The position numbers were made by a program, and so were the translations under genes. From an uncultured Candidatus Saccharibacteria bacterium (GTDB taxonomy: Bacteria; Patescibacteriota; Minisyncoccia; Phycocordibacterales; UBA3531), in the NCBI GenBank assembly GCA_964361405.1, contig CAYIAA010000001.1, positions 84,917 to 148,916 of the forward strand: a stretch of 64,000 nucleotides of DNA. The letters are read 5' to 3'. The notes below the pieces were generated by a model that saw only the letters and a program-made list of their open reading frames with translations, was not told the DNA's origin and made no database searches. Shown here one piece after another: positions 1 through 10,200 of the stretch (position 1 is the stretch's first letter; each line of letters starts with the position of its first letter).

Positions 1-2
1 CA

Positions 3-719
3 ATCCAAGAACTCGAAAAGAAAAAAATTGAGCAGCGTGAAGCAGAAAAAAAGCAAATCCTTAAAGTAACCAAAGGACAAGAGACGCTCTACCAACAGGT
101 TCTCAAGAATCAGGAAAAAACTGCAGCACAAATTCGAACCGAACTCTTCACACTCCGCGGTTCAGCCGCCATTCCATTCGGAACCGCACTTGATTACGCG
201 AATATAGTATCAAAACAAACAGGTGTTCGCGCCGCATTTATTCTCGGCGTCATTGCTGAAGAATCGAACTTGGGGGCGAATGTTGGAACTGGCAACTGGC
301 GCATAGATATGAAAAATCCGCGCGATACTGTTCCATTTCAGCAAATTACTGCCCGCCTCGGGCTCAATCCCGACAAGATGCCGGTCTCAAAAAAGCCCTG
401 GTACGGGTGGGGAGGCGCAATGGGTCCAGCTCAATTCATTCCCTCGACATGGGTTATCTACGAAGAAGAAATTGGTAAACTGACGGGACATAACCCCCCG
501 AACCCATGGGACCCCACTGATGCATTTATGGCGGCGGGGGTACTCCTCCGTGATGGAGGGGCGGCGCAAGGTACACCCGCGGCGGAGCGCAGAGCGGCAC
601 TGTGCTACTTTGCCGGATGCAGGAATGCGAGCAAGGCATCCTATGCGTTCTATGGCGATGAAGTGATGGAACTCGCGGCGAAGTATCAGCACCAGATAGA
701 CATCTTGCAGGGGAGGTAA
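3..719 (+). CDS. Coiled-coil plus lytic murein transglycosylase (SLT-like), 5'-truncated by the window edge
   Basis: The frame is open from position 3 (IQELEKKKIEQ... coiled coil), then ILGVIAEESNLG (catalytic Glu-Ser) and the GAMGPAQFIPSTW lysozyme-like motif. Confidence 0.8.
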   Translation: MQELEKKKIEQREAEKKQILKVTKGQETLYQQVLKNQEKTAAQIRTELFTLRGSAAIPFGTALDYANIVSKQTGVRAAFILGVIAEESNLGANVGTGNWRIDMKNPRDTVPFQQITARLGLNPDKMPVSKKPWYGWGGAMGPAQFIPSTWVIYEEEIGKLTGHNPPNPWDPTDAFMAAGVLLRDGGAAQGTPAAERRAALCYFAGCRNASKASYAFYGDEVMELAAKYQHQIDILQGR

Positions 720-754
720 GAATCTGATAGATTCCGTTTATTCTATTAAGAAAT

Positions 755-1096
755 ATGAAAAAGGATATTCACCCAAAAGATTACCGGCAGGTTATATTCC
801 TCGATAATGCGAGCAAGGCGCGTTTTTTGATCTACTCCACCGTCGCGACCAAGGAAACGGGAAAATGGGAGGACGGCAAAGAGTACCCCCTCATACGCGT
901 TGAGGTTTCAAGCGCGTCGCACCCCGTGTATACCGGGCAAGATCTGGTGGTTGACACGGCAGGCAGGGTGCAAAAGTTTAAATCGCGGCAGTCAAAAGCG
1001 TCCCCTAAGCTTGCTATCGGAAAGAGCGTAAAAAAAGCGGCGAAGGCCGAGCGTCGCGCGAGCGCCGCATCGAAATCCGGAAAACAATCGAAATAA
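755..1096 (+). CDS. rpmE2: 50S ribosomal protein L31 type B (zinc-free) with Lys/Ala-rich C-terminal extension
   Basis: [28 protein letters not shown] motifs; no CxC/CxxC. Confidence 0.95.
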   Translation: MKKDIHPKDYRQVIFLDNASKARFLIYSTVATKETGKWEDGKEYPLIRVEVSSASHPVYTGQDLVVDTAGRVQKFKSRQSKASPKLAIGKSVKKAAKAERRASAASKSGKQSK

Positions 1097-1152
1097 GAAA
1101 AATCGATCCCCGGAGAAATTAGAGAGGTTTTCCTCTCGGCGAGTTATGGCGT

Positions 1153-2100
1153 ATGGACATCGCGGACTATAAAAAGAACCCAAAGACTGCATATCTTGCA
1201 GGTCGTTTCGAAGCGTTTACCAAAAAACTTATAGAGACGGAAGAGCTTGTGCATGAGGGGGGCGAACTTGGAAAAATCGCTCTGGAAGAGCTCTCTCGAT
1301 TGGAGAGCGAGCGAGCGGTGACTCTCAAAGAGATGGAAACCATCCTCGCCAAAGGTCTTAGCGTGAAAGATGAACCGCGCGATCTTATTCTCGAAATGCG
1401 TGCGGGTGCTGGTGGTGCCGAAGCGAGTCTATTTGCGGCGACACTTGCGGATATGTATCGGAGGTATGCGGAGTCTCAGAAATGGAGCTTCACCGTCCTC
1501 GATGAATCAAAAAGCGAGCTGGGTGGGTATAAAGAGGCGACTTTTGAAATTTCCGGTCGCGGGGCATATGCCGCACTTCGAAACGAAGCTGGAGTTCATC
1601 GCATTCAGCGTGTTCCCGCGACGGAGAAAATGGGGAGAATTCATACCTCTACGGCGACAGTTGCCGTGCTTCCGGTTCGGGAAGCACTCGACATGAAAAT
1701 TCCGGAGAGCGAGATAGAAATGGAATTTTCGCGTTCAGGGGGAGCGGGTGGACAAAACGTAAATAAAGTTGAGACTGCGGTGCGCATAATCCATAAACCA
1801 AGCGGCATAGCCGTGCGTTGCACAAGTGAGCGCAGTCAGTTGAAAAATAGGCAAAAGGCGCTTGAAATACTTAAAGCGAAACTGCGTGTACTTCGCGAGG
1901 AGGCTGAGCATGGCGCGGAGTCTCGGGAGCGGCGCGAGCAGGTGGGGCGCGGTGATCGATCGGAGAAGATACGAACCTATAATGAGATCCAAGACCGGGT
2001 AACCGACCACCGCTTGAAGAAATCTTGGCACAACATTGAATCTATATTCCAAGGCAATATCGGCCCAATTCTCGAAGAATTTCGCACAGAGAAGGCGTAA
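1153..2100 (+). CDS. prfA: Peptide chain release factor 1
   Basis: GVHRIQRVPATE (PxT motif), GAGGQNVNK (GGQ), RSEKIRTYN. Confidence 0.95.
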   Translation: MDIADYKKNPKTAYLAGRFEAFTKKLIETEELVHEGGELGKIALEELSRLESERAVTLKEMETILAKGLSVKDEPRDLILEMRAGAGGAEASLFAATLADMYRRYAESQKWSFTVLDESKSELGGYKEATFEISGRGAYAALRNEAGVHRIQRVPATEKMGRIHTSTATVAVLPVREALDMKIPESEIEMEFSRSGGAGGQNVNKVETAVRIIHKPSGIAVRCTSERSQLKNRQKALEILKAKLRVLREEAEHGAESRERREQVGRGDRSEKIRTYNEIQDRVTDHRLKKSWHNIESIFQGNIGPILEEFRTEKA

Positions 2101-2157
2101 CGCTTCCTGGGTTCTCGGGTTTGCGATATAACCCTTCGATGTGTTAGAATCCGCGCC

Positions 2158-2907
2158 ATGGAAGAGATAAAAATAGGGGAGTCCGGCGGAGCTGGAATAC
2201 TTGAGGCGATGTTTACCGCAGGCGCCCACTATGGCCACACCCGTTCACGCAGACATCCGTCGGTCGCGGCTTTTATCTTTGGAAAGAAAAACGCGAGCGA
2301 GATCATTAATCTTGAAGGGACTAGGGTCTCGCTTGAGCGTGCAGAAGAGTTCCTCGAAGAACTTGGGAAGGCAAGGAAGCAGCTACTTATGGTTGGAAAT
2401 AAACCGGAGGCACGCATGGTACTTCGAAAAGAAGCGGAGCGACTGGGTGTGCCGTACGTCTCGGCACGTTGGATAGGCGGGACGATTACAAACTTCGAGG
2501 AAATCAAGAAGCGCCTCGCCAAGCTTGAGGACCTTCGCGCAAAGCGTTCGAGCGGAGATCTCGACGTATATACCAAGCGTGAGCGTGGGGTGATCGACAA
2601 AGAAATCGGTGATCTTGAGCGGAAATTCTCCGGTCTTCTTACTTTGAAAGGTCTGCCGGGAGCCCTCATCGTCGTTGATTCTCGAGCAGAGGAGATTGCT
2701 GTGCTTGAGGCGCGAGCGCGGAAAATTCCTGTCGTTTCAATTTCAAGTTCCAATTGTGATATTTCAAAAATTGATTACCCTATAGTCGCGAATGACTCAT
2801 CGAGCTCGAGCATTACTTTTTTTATCGGACGTCTCGCGGATGCATATAAGAGGGGAAAGGGTAAGGTGGAGAGCACTAGAGACTCCGAGGATTCTCTCGA
2901 AGCATGA
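2158..2907 (+). CDS. rpsB: 30S ribosomal protein S2
   Basis: AGAHYGH, RWIGGTITNF, PIVAND motifs; directly upstream of tsf. Confidence 0.97.
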   Translation: MEEIKIGESGGAGILEAMFTAGAHYGHTRSRRHPSVAAFIFGKKNASEIINLEGTRVSLERAEEFLEELGKARKQLLMVGNKPEARMVLRKEAERLGVPYVSARWIGGTITNFEEIKKRLAKLEDLRAKRSSGDLDVYTKRERGVIDKEIGDLERKFSGLLTLKGLPGALIVVDSRAEEIAVLEARARKIPVVSISSSNCDISKIDYPIVANDSSSSSITFFIGRLADAYKRGKGKVESTRDSEDSLEA

Positions 2908-3359
2908 TTACTAGAGAAGAGGTCAAGGAACTCCGGGACAGAACCGGAATTTCGATTATGCAATGCCGAGAAGCTCTCGAGATGGCGAAGGGAAATATGT
3001 CCAAAGCGCTTGAGTACTTGAAAGAAAAGGGAGCCGCAATCAAGGAAAAGAAAGGAACACGGATGCTCGGAGCCGGAGCCGTCGAAGCCTACGTCCACAC
3101 CAATCGTCGTATCGGTGCTATGGTGATTCTCTACTCCGAGACTGACTTCGTCGCAGCGAACCCGGAGTTCGTGAAGCTCGCCCGCGATATTGCCATGCAA
3201 GTTGCCGCTACCGGGACTACGGACACAGAGTCTCTCCTCAAAGAGCCGTTTATCAAGGATCCTCGGGGGAGTGTAGGGACGCTTGTTCAAGATGCGATCC
3301 AGAAATTTGGCGAGCGAATCGAGATTGGGAAAGTGGTATACTTTTCAAGTAAGGAATAA
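2904..3359 (+). CDS. tsf: Elongation factor Ts (short form)
   Basis: VKELRDRTG..MQCREAL N-terminal domain, SETDFVA motif; ATGA overlap with rpsB. Confidence 0.93.
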   Translation: MITREEVKELRDRTGISIMQCREALEMAKGNMSKALEYLKEKGAAIKEKKGTRMLGAGAVEAYVHTNRRIGAMVILYSETDFVAANPEFVKLARDIAMQVAATGTTDTESLLKEPFIKDPRGSVGTLVQDAIQKFGERIEIGKVVYFSSKE

Positions 3360-3371
3360 TAAGGAAAGAAA

Positions 3372-3758
3372 ATGAGTTATCTTTTCTATGTATTACTTTT
3401 CTTTGTGTCGCTTCTCGGGATGCTTGTCATCCTTATTCGAAGTGCGGGGCGGGAGAGATTTAAAGCGGAGCATGTCTATACAGATACAGAGAGAGAAATC
3501 ACCGCTACTGGTGTTCTAGTAGGGGCGGTCGTATCCGGTCTGACATACGCGGCGCAAGTAAGTGTTCGGTTCGCGGCTCCTCACCTGGGCCGAACCACAG
3601 GTATGGCGCTTCAATATCTTTCTCGTGTCCGGGCGTATGCGGGAGAGAGAATTGACCGCGCTATCGCTTTTGTGAGGGGGCGTACGCAGGTGAAGCAAGA
3701 AGGAGCAGTATCGCTTTTTCTTAAACACCTCGCTGAACACAAAGAAAAAAACGGGTGA
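3372..3758 (+). CDS. Hypothetical membrane protein
   Basis: N-terminal hydrophobic helix; co-oriented and tightly spaced after tsf. Confidence 0.7.
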   Translation: MSYLFYVLLFFVSLLGMLVILIRSAGRERFKAEHVYTDTEREITATGVLVGAVVSGLTYAAQVSVRFAAPHLGRTTGMALQYLSRVRAYAGERIDRAIAFVRGRTQVKQEGAVSLFLKHLAEHKEKNG

Positions 3759-3778
3759 ATCTATAACGATTAATCTCT

Positions 3779-3798
3779 GCCGCCCTAGCTCAGTGGTA
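3779..3798 (+). pseudogene. Orphan tRNA 5' fragment (probably tRNA-Thr)
   Basis: GCCGCCC-TA-GCTC-AGTGGTA matches the acceptor 5' strand, U8A9, D-stem 5' strand and D-loop; the sequence then diverges (TGACAG instead of GAGC). Confidence 0.7.
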
Positions 3799-3815
3799 TG
3801 ACAGTGATGTTCTAT

Positions 3816-3824
3816 TTATCCACA
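3816..3824 (+). promoter_or_regulatory. Single DnaA-box consensus upstream of the HNH gene
   Basis: Exact TTATCCACA; isolated, so function is uncertain. Confidence 0.3.
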
Positions 3825-3858
3825 CCACTTGTAGGCCAACATGTGGTATACTTCACAA

Positions 3859-4287
3859 ATGGATATCTGTGTGGAGTGCAAAAAGCCAAGGAAAAGATAT
3901 ACCAACAAGTACTGTTCTAATCGATGTCAGGTAGATCACCAATATAAACAGTACATTTCTGCTTGGCAGAAAGGACAGAAAGATGGGAACAGAGGGATTA
4001 ATGCAAAAAATATATCGAGATATTTGCTTAGATTTCTGTTAGAGAAGTGTGGAGAAAAATGCTCCCATTGTGGTTGGAATCAAAAAAATCCACACACCAA
4101 TAGAGCACCCATAGAAATTGATCACATTGACGGAGACGCTAATAATAACCTAGAGAACAACCTAAGATTATTGTGTCCCAATTGTCACGCGCTCACACCA
4201 AGTTTTAGAAATCTGAATAAAGGTAAAGGAAGGAGCTGGAGAAACAGTTACTTGAAAAAGAGACAGGTGTTGCAGATTCCTTCTTAG
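3859..4287 (+). CDS. Free-standing HNH endonuclease with N-terminal zinc-finger-like domain
   Basis: CVEC...YCSNRC; KCSHCG...EIDHIDGDANNNLENNLRLLCPNCH; start taken at ATG 3859, 6 nt after the extended -10 TGGTATACT. Confidence 0.92.
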   Translation: MDICVECKKPRKRYTNKYCSNRCQVDHQYKQYISAWQKGQKDGNRGINAKNISRYLLRFLLEKCGEKCSHCGWNQKNPHTNRAPIEIDHIDGDANNNLENNLRLLCPNCHALTPSFRNLNKGKGRSWRNSYLKKRQVLQIPS

Positions 4288-4317
4288 GCTGTATTCTTGG
4301 TGAAGATGTGTGGAGTC

Positions 4318-4392
4318 GCCGGAGTAGCTCAACGGTAGAGCAATGCTTTTGTAAAGCATAGGTTGGAGGTTCAAGTCCTCTCTCCGGCTCCA
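4318..4392 (+). tRNA. tRNA-Thr(TGT)
   Basis: Acceptor GCCGGAG/CTCCGGC, D-arm GCTC/GAGC, anticodon stem ATGCT/AGCAT with loop TT-TGT-AA, T-arm GGAGG-TTCAAGT-CCTCT, encoded CCA. Confidence 0.97.
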
Positions 4393-4421
4393 GAATTAGA
4401 CTTTCCGATTTTTGAACGACG

Positions 4422-4459
4422 AATTAATAGGTGACACAAAGTGTCACCTATTAATTTTA
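4422..4459 (+). terminator. 16-bp perfect hairpin after tRNA-Thr
   Basis: AATTAATAGGTGACAC-AAA-GTGTCACCTATTAATT followed by TT. Confidence 0.65.
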
Positions 4460-4577
4460 TGGTGGAAAATCAAAGCCACTCGTTTTGGATTTGTTGGTAT
4501 TGACTCTGATAATAAAATATGATTTAATATGTGTAACCCTAGCAGGGGTTTTTATTATGTCAAAGCAATCCGAATTT

Positions 4578-5864
4578 ATGGAAAATCAAGGCAATAAAAC
4601 AATTGCGGTTGTCGGCCTTGGATATGTAGGGATTCCTTTAGCTTTATTGGCTGAAAGAAAGAGCTATAAGGTTATTGGTATAGATATAAACTTAGAAAAA
4701 GTGGAGTTTTTGAACAGACGTATTGCTCCTTTTTCAGACGAAGAAATAACGAAACAGCTGGAAAATTCGTCTTTGGAGGCAACGACTGATTTCAACAAAA
4801 TAAAAGACGCTTCGGTTATCATTATCTGCGTTCCGACACCGGTTTACGAAAATCATATGCCGAATTTAGAGCCGGTTGAAAATGCATGCAAAAATATTGC
4901 TAAATTTTTGCAGAAAGGACAACTTGTGATTTTAGAATCCACAGTAAATCCTGGAGTTTCCGAAAATGTTGTAATACCTATACTTGAAAAAGGATCCGGT
5001 TTAAAGGCTGGCGAAGACTTTTATGTTGCGCATTGCCCTGAACGGGTAAACCCCGGAGATAAAAACTGGACTGTAGAAAATATTCCTAGAGTTGTTGGGG
5101 GGCTTGAAGAAAAGAGCTTAGAAATGGCTTATAGGTTTTATAGCTCAGTAATTTCTGGGCAGATCAAAAAAATGGGCTCTCTTAAAGAAGCCGAAGCGGT
5201 AAAGGTTGTTGAAAACACCTTCCGTGACATTAATATCGCTTTCGTGAATGAACTGGCGATGTCATTTTCAAAACTCGGCATTGATGTCGTTAATGTAATC
5301 AATGGGGCGGCTACAAAGCCATTCGCCTTTATGGCCCATTACCCCGGAGTTGGCGTTGGTGGCCATTGTATCCCTATCGACCCATATTATTTAATTGATT
5401 ACGCAAAACAAAACGGTTTTGAGCACGATTTTTTGAAACTAGCCAGAAAAATTAACAGCAATATGCCCAAGTTTACCGCAGAAAGAGTAGCCAATGCTTT
5501 GAATGAAATGAAGATGGCAATCAATGGAGCTAAAGTTGCGGTGCTCGGCTTGGCTTACAAACCAAATATAGATGATTGCCGTGAAAGCCCAGCGTTTGAT
5601 TTGATAAAAGCATTAGAAAAATACGGCGCAAATGTGGTTTCTTATGACCTGTTTGTGTTGAACAAATCAACTGCCAAATCTCTAGATGAAGCAGTCAAAG
5701 ATTCGGTGGCGGTAGTGATAGCAACTTGCCACGACCAATTCAAGAATTTAGAGCCAGAGTATCTTTTGAAAAACGGTGTTAAAGTCGTCGTGGACGGCCG
5801 TAACTGCCTCCCCAAAGAAAAATTTATTGAGGTCGGGATTGTTTATAAAGGTATAGGACGATAA
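4578..5864 (+). CDS. UDP-N-acetylhexosamine 6-dehydrogenase (WecC/WbpA/TviB-like nucleotide-sugar dehydrogenase)
   Basis: VVGLGYVGIP Rossmann motif, ICVPTP, LESTVNPG, HCPERVNPG, GVGGHCIPIDP, GLAYKPNIDDCRESP; start may instead be 4557. Confidence 0.92.
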   Translation: MENQGNKTIAVVGLGYVGIPLALLAERKSYKVIGIDINLEKVEFLNRRIAPFSDEEITKQLENSSLEATTDFNKIKDASVIIICVPTPVYENHMPNLEPVENACKNIAKFLQKGQLVILESTVNPGVSENVVIPILEKGSGLKAGEDFYVAHCPERVNPGDKNWTVENIPRVVGGLEEKSLEMAYRFYSSVISGQIKKMGSLKEAEAVKVVENTFRDINIAFVNELAMSFSKLGIDVVNVINGAATKPFAFMAHYPGVGVGGHCIPIDPYYLIDYAKQNGFEHDFLKLARKINSNMPKFTAERVANALNEMKMAINGAKVAVLGLAYKPNIDDCRESPAFDLIKALEKYGANVVSYDLFVLNKSTAKSLDEAVKDSVAVVIATCHDQFKNLEPEYLLKNGVKVVVDGRNCLPKEKFIEVGIVYKGIGR

Positions 5865-5868
5865 TCTC

Positions 5869-7233
5869 TTGAATCTTCGAATAGAAAAACAGGTTCTACA
5901 TCGATTTGTAGAATTTTTTGTAGCATTCGCGCTACTCACTGTTTTATTTGGTAAGATTTTTATTAGCTTAAAAGGAGATGAACTTAATCTTTTAATATTT
6001 TATGGAATCTCCGTAACTCTCGCACTCTGGCTAGTATTTTTCTTTGCATTTGTTATTTATGAAGATCCATACAGTGCTTCTAAAATTAAGCTGAAAGGTA
6101 AAAGGCCAAAGAATTATTTAGTAAGTTGTATGGTTGCAGTTCGCAATGAAGAAAAAAATATATCTCGCTGTATGGATTCAATGCTCGTACAATCCTATGA
6201 GAATAAGGAAATTATTGTAGTCAACGATGCAAGCACAGATAATACTCTAAGGATTCTTAGAGAGTACGAAAAAGATGGGCGCATAATTTTAATCAACCTT
6301 AAAGATAATCTCGGCAAAAAAAAAGCACTGGGACAGGCAATGGTGGTAGCCAAAGGAGATATATTTGCCTTTACTGATAGTGATTCTGTATGGGCTTCGG
6401 ATGCTATAAAAAGGATTGTAACGATATTTCAGGCCAATGAAGATATTGGGGCTATAAGTGGCCACAGTAGAGCTTTAAATGGCGACTACAATTTAATGAC
6501 CAAAACTCAGGATTCCTGGTATGAAGGGCAATATTCTGTACGCAAGGCATTTGAGAGTATCTGGGGCGTGGTGACTTGTGTTTCTGGTCCGCTTGCCGTT
6601 TTTCGCAGGGAGGCTATCTATAATTACATACCTGCTTGGGAAAACGACACATTCTTGGGCCAAGAATTTAAATTTGCTACAGATAGAACTTTAACTGGCT
6701 TTGTTTTGGGCAGTAAAACCATTGGCAAAAAACTAAAAGAGAAGTATAAAAACTCTCCTTTTGTAAAGAATATTGATTATCCAGAGAAAGACTGGAAAAT
6801 CGTCTATTGTAAATCTGCTCGCTCGTGGACTATTGTGCCTGATAATTTCCAGAAAGTTATTACACAGCAAGTCAGGTGGAAAAAGAGTTTTATTAGAAAC
6901 ATATTTTTTACAGGATTATTCTACTGGAAGAAACCCCTACTCCCAGCTTTGATGTATTATCTTCATATTCTATTTGTTATAGCTGGGCCATTTATAGTTT
7001 TTAGACACCTATTTTATCTCCCCATAAAGGGTAATTTTTGGACAGCTTTGCTTTATCTCATGGGCATAGTATTTATTGGTTTTATGTTTGGGTTGGCCTA
7101 CAAGCTGGAAAATAAAAATTGCCACAAGTGGATTTATAGACCCTTGATGAGTTTACTGTCAACCCTTGTTTTATGTTGGTTAATATTTTATTCGGCAATA
7201 ACAATTAAGAAAATGACATGGGTAAGGGGGTAA
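5869..7233 (+). CDS. Processive GT2 glycosyltransferase, hyaluronan synthase/NodC/IcaA-like
   Basis: N-terminal TM helices, VNDASTD, GKKKA, FTDSDS, TCVSGPL, ATDRTLT, QQVRW, C-terminal TM helices. Confidence 0.9.
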   Translation: MNLRIEKQVLHRFVEFFVAFALLTVLFGKIFISLKGDELNLLIFYGISVTLALWLVFFFAFVIYEDPYSASKIKLKGKRPKNYLVSCMVAVRNEEKNISRCMDSMLVQSYENKEIIVVNDASTDNTLRILREYEKDGRIILINLKDNLGKKKALGQAMVVAKGDIFAFTDSDSVWASDAIKRIVTIFQANEDIGAISGHSRALNGDYNLMTKTQDSWYEGQYSVRKAFESIWGVVTCVSGPLAVFRREAIYNYIPAWENDTFLGQEFKFATDRTLTGFVLGSKTIGKKLKEKYKNSPFVKNIDYPEKDWKIVYCKSARSWTIVPDNFQKVITQQVRWKKSFIRNIFFTGLFYWKKPLLPALMYYLHILFVIAGPFIVFRHLFYLPIKGNFWTALLYLMGIVFIGFMFGLAYKLENKNCHKWIYRPLMSLLSTLVLCWLIFYSAITIKKMTWVRG

Positions 7234-10200
7234 ATAAAAAATTTAGGTTAATCGAGTATGTTTTTTTAATACTCATTGTCTTTACGTTTTTAACGGTTGC
7301 TGGTAAATATTCTTACAAAGATTTATACGAAAGCTATAAATCTTATAATGAGAGTCGTCGTCAGCAAACTATTGAAATAGAGCGCCAAGCTTATACATGT
7401 CCTCCAGGAACTACAACAATAATCGTAGTTGGGGGTAAGATATGTCGCACTGAAGTTTCTGATTCAACTTATAAAACAATATTTGATACATATCCATTCA
7501 AAAGTAATGGTAAGGAGCAAATTTATGAGTTTTTTTCCGAAGGAGACATTGAAAGTGCTAATCAAATATTAGCAAATAATATTCCCCTTGAGCGATACGG
7601 ATATACAAAAGTATCTGATCCAATGTCTTGGACTGAAGACCCACTTGGAGATAGATATTGGAGATTTTTGTTTTATGGTTTCCGTCCAGTGCAACATTTA
7701 TTTTTTGCTTTTGACCAAACGAATGAAAAAAAATATTTGAAAAAAGCTGAAGAAATAACTTTAAGCTTTATTGACCACGGAACGGACAAGCCTCATGCAT
7801 GGGATGATTTCCACGCGGTCTCATTTCGGACAATGTATCTCATTAAAACATGGTGGATGCTAAGAGAAAACAACCTACTTACTTATGAAGTTAATGAAAA
7901 AATACTCAAAACCCTAGAAGCACACGGAGATTTTCTAGCAGACCCTAATCATTATGATAAGGGATACAATCATGGACTAAATGAAGCGGCGGCATTGTAT
8001 TTGGTAGCTGTAAATTTTCCCGACTTCTCTCAAGCTCCAAAATGGTTGGAGTTATCGAAAAATCGATTAAACGATAGTCTGATAACCGTAGTTGATACGG
8101 ATGGTGTATTAATCGAGAATTCGCCATATTACCATTTCTATACTCTAGAAAAATACTGGGAACTTTACAATTTTGCTCAAAAACAAAACTTTCCGATAAG
8201 TGATATTTTCAACGAACGGCTTCAAGAGATGATTTCCTATGCCACTTATATACTACAGCCAAATAAAGAAATTCCACTTTTAGGAGCTTCTCTCAAACGC
8301 AAAATATCATATTCAGGAATATATAAAGACATTTCTCAATCTTTCCCAGAATTGAAGTACGTTCTTACTAATGGCAAAGAGGGCAACAAACCAACTAAGT
8401 TAAATATTACATATCCTGAATCAGGTGAAGTAATAATGCGTTCTGGATGGGGAGTGGGGGAAGAATTTGAAAATCAAACACAAGCAATTTTTGACTTTGG
8501 ACCGTATCGAACTTTGCATAGTGATTTTGATGCCCTATCGTTTAGTCTATATGCTAATGGCATAAACCTTATGCCGGATGCTGGCCTATACGCCTATGAA
8601 GAAAGCGATTATAAGAATTATTTCCATGGTACCGCTTCTCACAATACAGTAGTGGTTGATGATTTAGATCAGACGAAAGGGACGGCTGTACGAGGCGATT
8701 TTTTAGAAACCAAGGATTATGTTTCTCAATCAGCCGAACACGAATTGTACAAAGGTGTCAGTCATATGCGTAGCGGCACCCTTATCGGTAAAAGGTATTT
8801 ATTAATATTAGACAAATTGACATCTAATGAAGAACATACTTATAAGCAACTTTTTCATTTATTCCCCGGAGCAAGAATTACTACGTCTGGAACTTCAGTT
8901 AAGGTATTTGCTTCTTCTAAAGATGGCGAAGAAGAAGTAATGAATATATTTCAAATGGCGCCGGACAATATCTCACTCGATACCATAATCGGACAAACTT
9001 CTCCGCCTCGTGGGTGGTGCGCAGAAGAGTACGCCAAAGCAATTCCATGTTATTCTTTGGAATACATACAAAAATTTCAAAATGTAACATACGCAACACT
9101 TATTGAAATTGGGAAGCACGATACACGCTTACTGTATTCTTACGATGGGAAATCTATAATTATTAATGACTCGTCGCAGGTAATTAATATTGATGTTACT
9201 GACATCGAGGGATCCTACGGAAGGGTTGCTATATCAAATAATTCTCCTGTTGAGATTGAAAAATCTTCGCTAAATATTCTAAAACCGGAGAACTGGGAAG
9301 TTACAGAAAAAACAAAAAAATATGGTCAATTAATATTTGAGTCTGACTCAATAAGTTTTAGTACTAATACTAGTGGCAATCCTTTTTATGCCAATATTCC
9401 AGTACAGATTGATCTAAGTAATAAAAATCTTTTAATAAAGATGAGAGTTGTAAATCGTTATGATGTAAATAAGTTGGATATTCTGCTATCTACAAATAAC
9501 TGGGAAGGATATATCAGAAGTAACCTCAAAGATTCTTACCGCAAGGAATATGATGGTGAATGGTTAACGATTAGTCTCGGTAAGGGGCTACAGCGAGAAA
9601 CTGGTGGGCAATGGAGACAATATGGCACTGGGTTTGATTGGTCCAATATTAATGCGATAAGAATCGTATTGGGGACAGAAATACAGAAGACCGCCACATT
9701 GCAGTTGGCAGATATTGCCTTAATCCCATCGCAAAAAGAAGGTGAAGTCATTATTGTTTTTGATGATGGTTTTGAATCAATTCTCCCCGCAGTGACCTTA
9801 ATGAACGACTATGGATTTAAGGGAAATATTGCCGTCATAGCTGATAAAGTTACTGGCAACGAAAGAGGCTATCTTTCATTAAAACAGTTAAAACAAATCA
9901 AAGAAGAGCTTGGATGGGATTTAATAAATCATTCAGGACATCACGTAAGTGCACTCGAAGCTTATGTTAAATATAATGATATAGATGGCTTTACAGAAGA
10001 TTTGCTAGCCGGAGCAAAATTTCTTATAGATAACGACTTAAACACTACTCCTAATTGGTATATTTATCCTCATGGTGCGACTAATAAGGCGATTAAGGAT
10101 ATTGTCGGGAAATATTATGCTTTTGCCAGAACAACTATAAATCAGCCGGAAGCATACCCATTTGGTGATCCTCTTGGAGTAAAAACAATTTCTGCTGATG

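Noticed and set aside
3779-4392. HNH region as a group I intron inside a single tRNA
   Set aside because: The break is in the D-loop, the downstream tRNA is complete on its own, the acceptor halves do not pair, and the non-coding flanks are too short for a ribozyme core.
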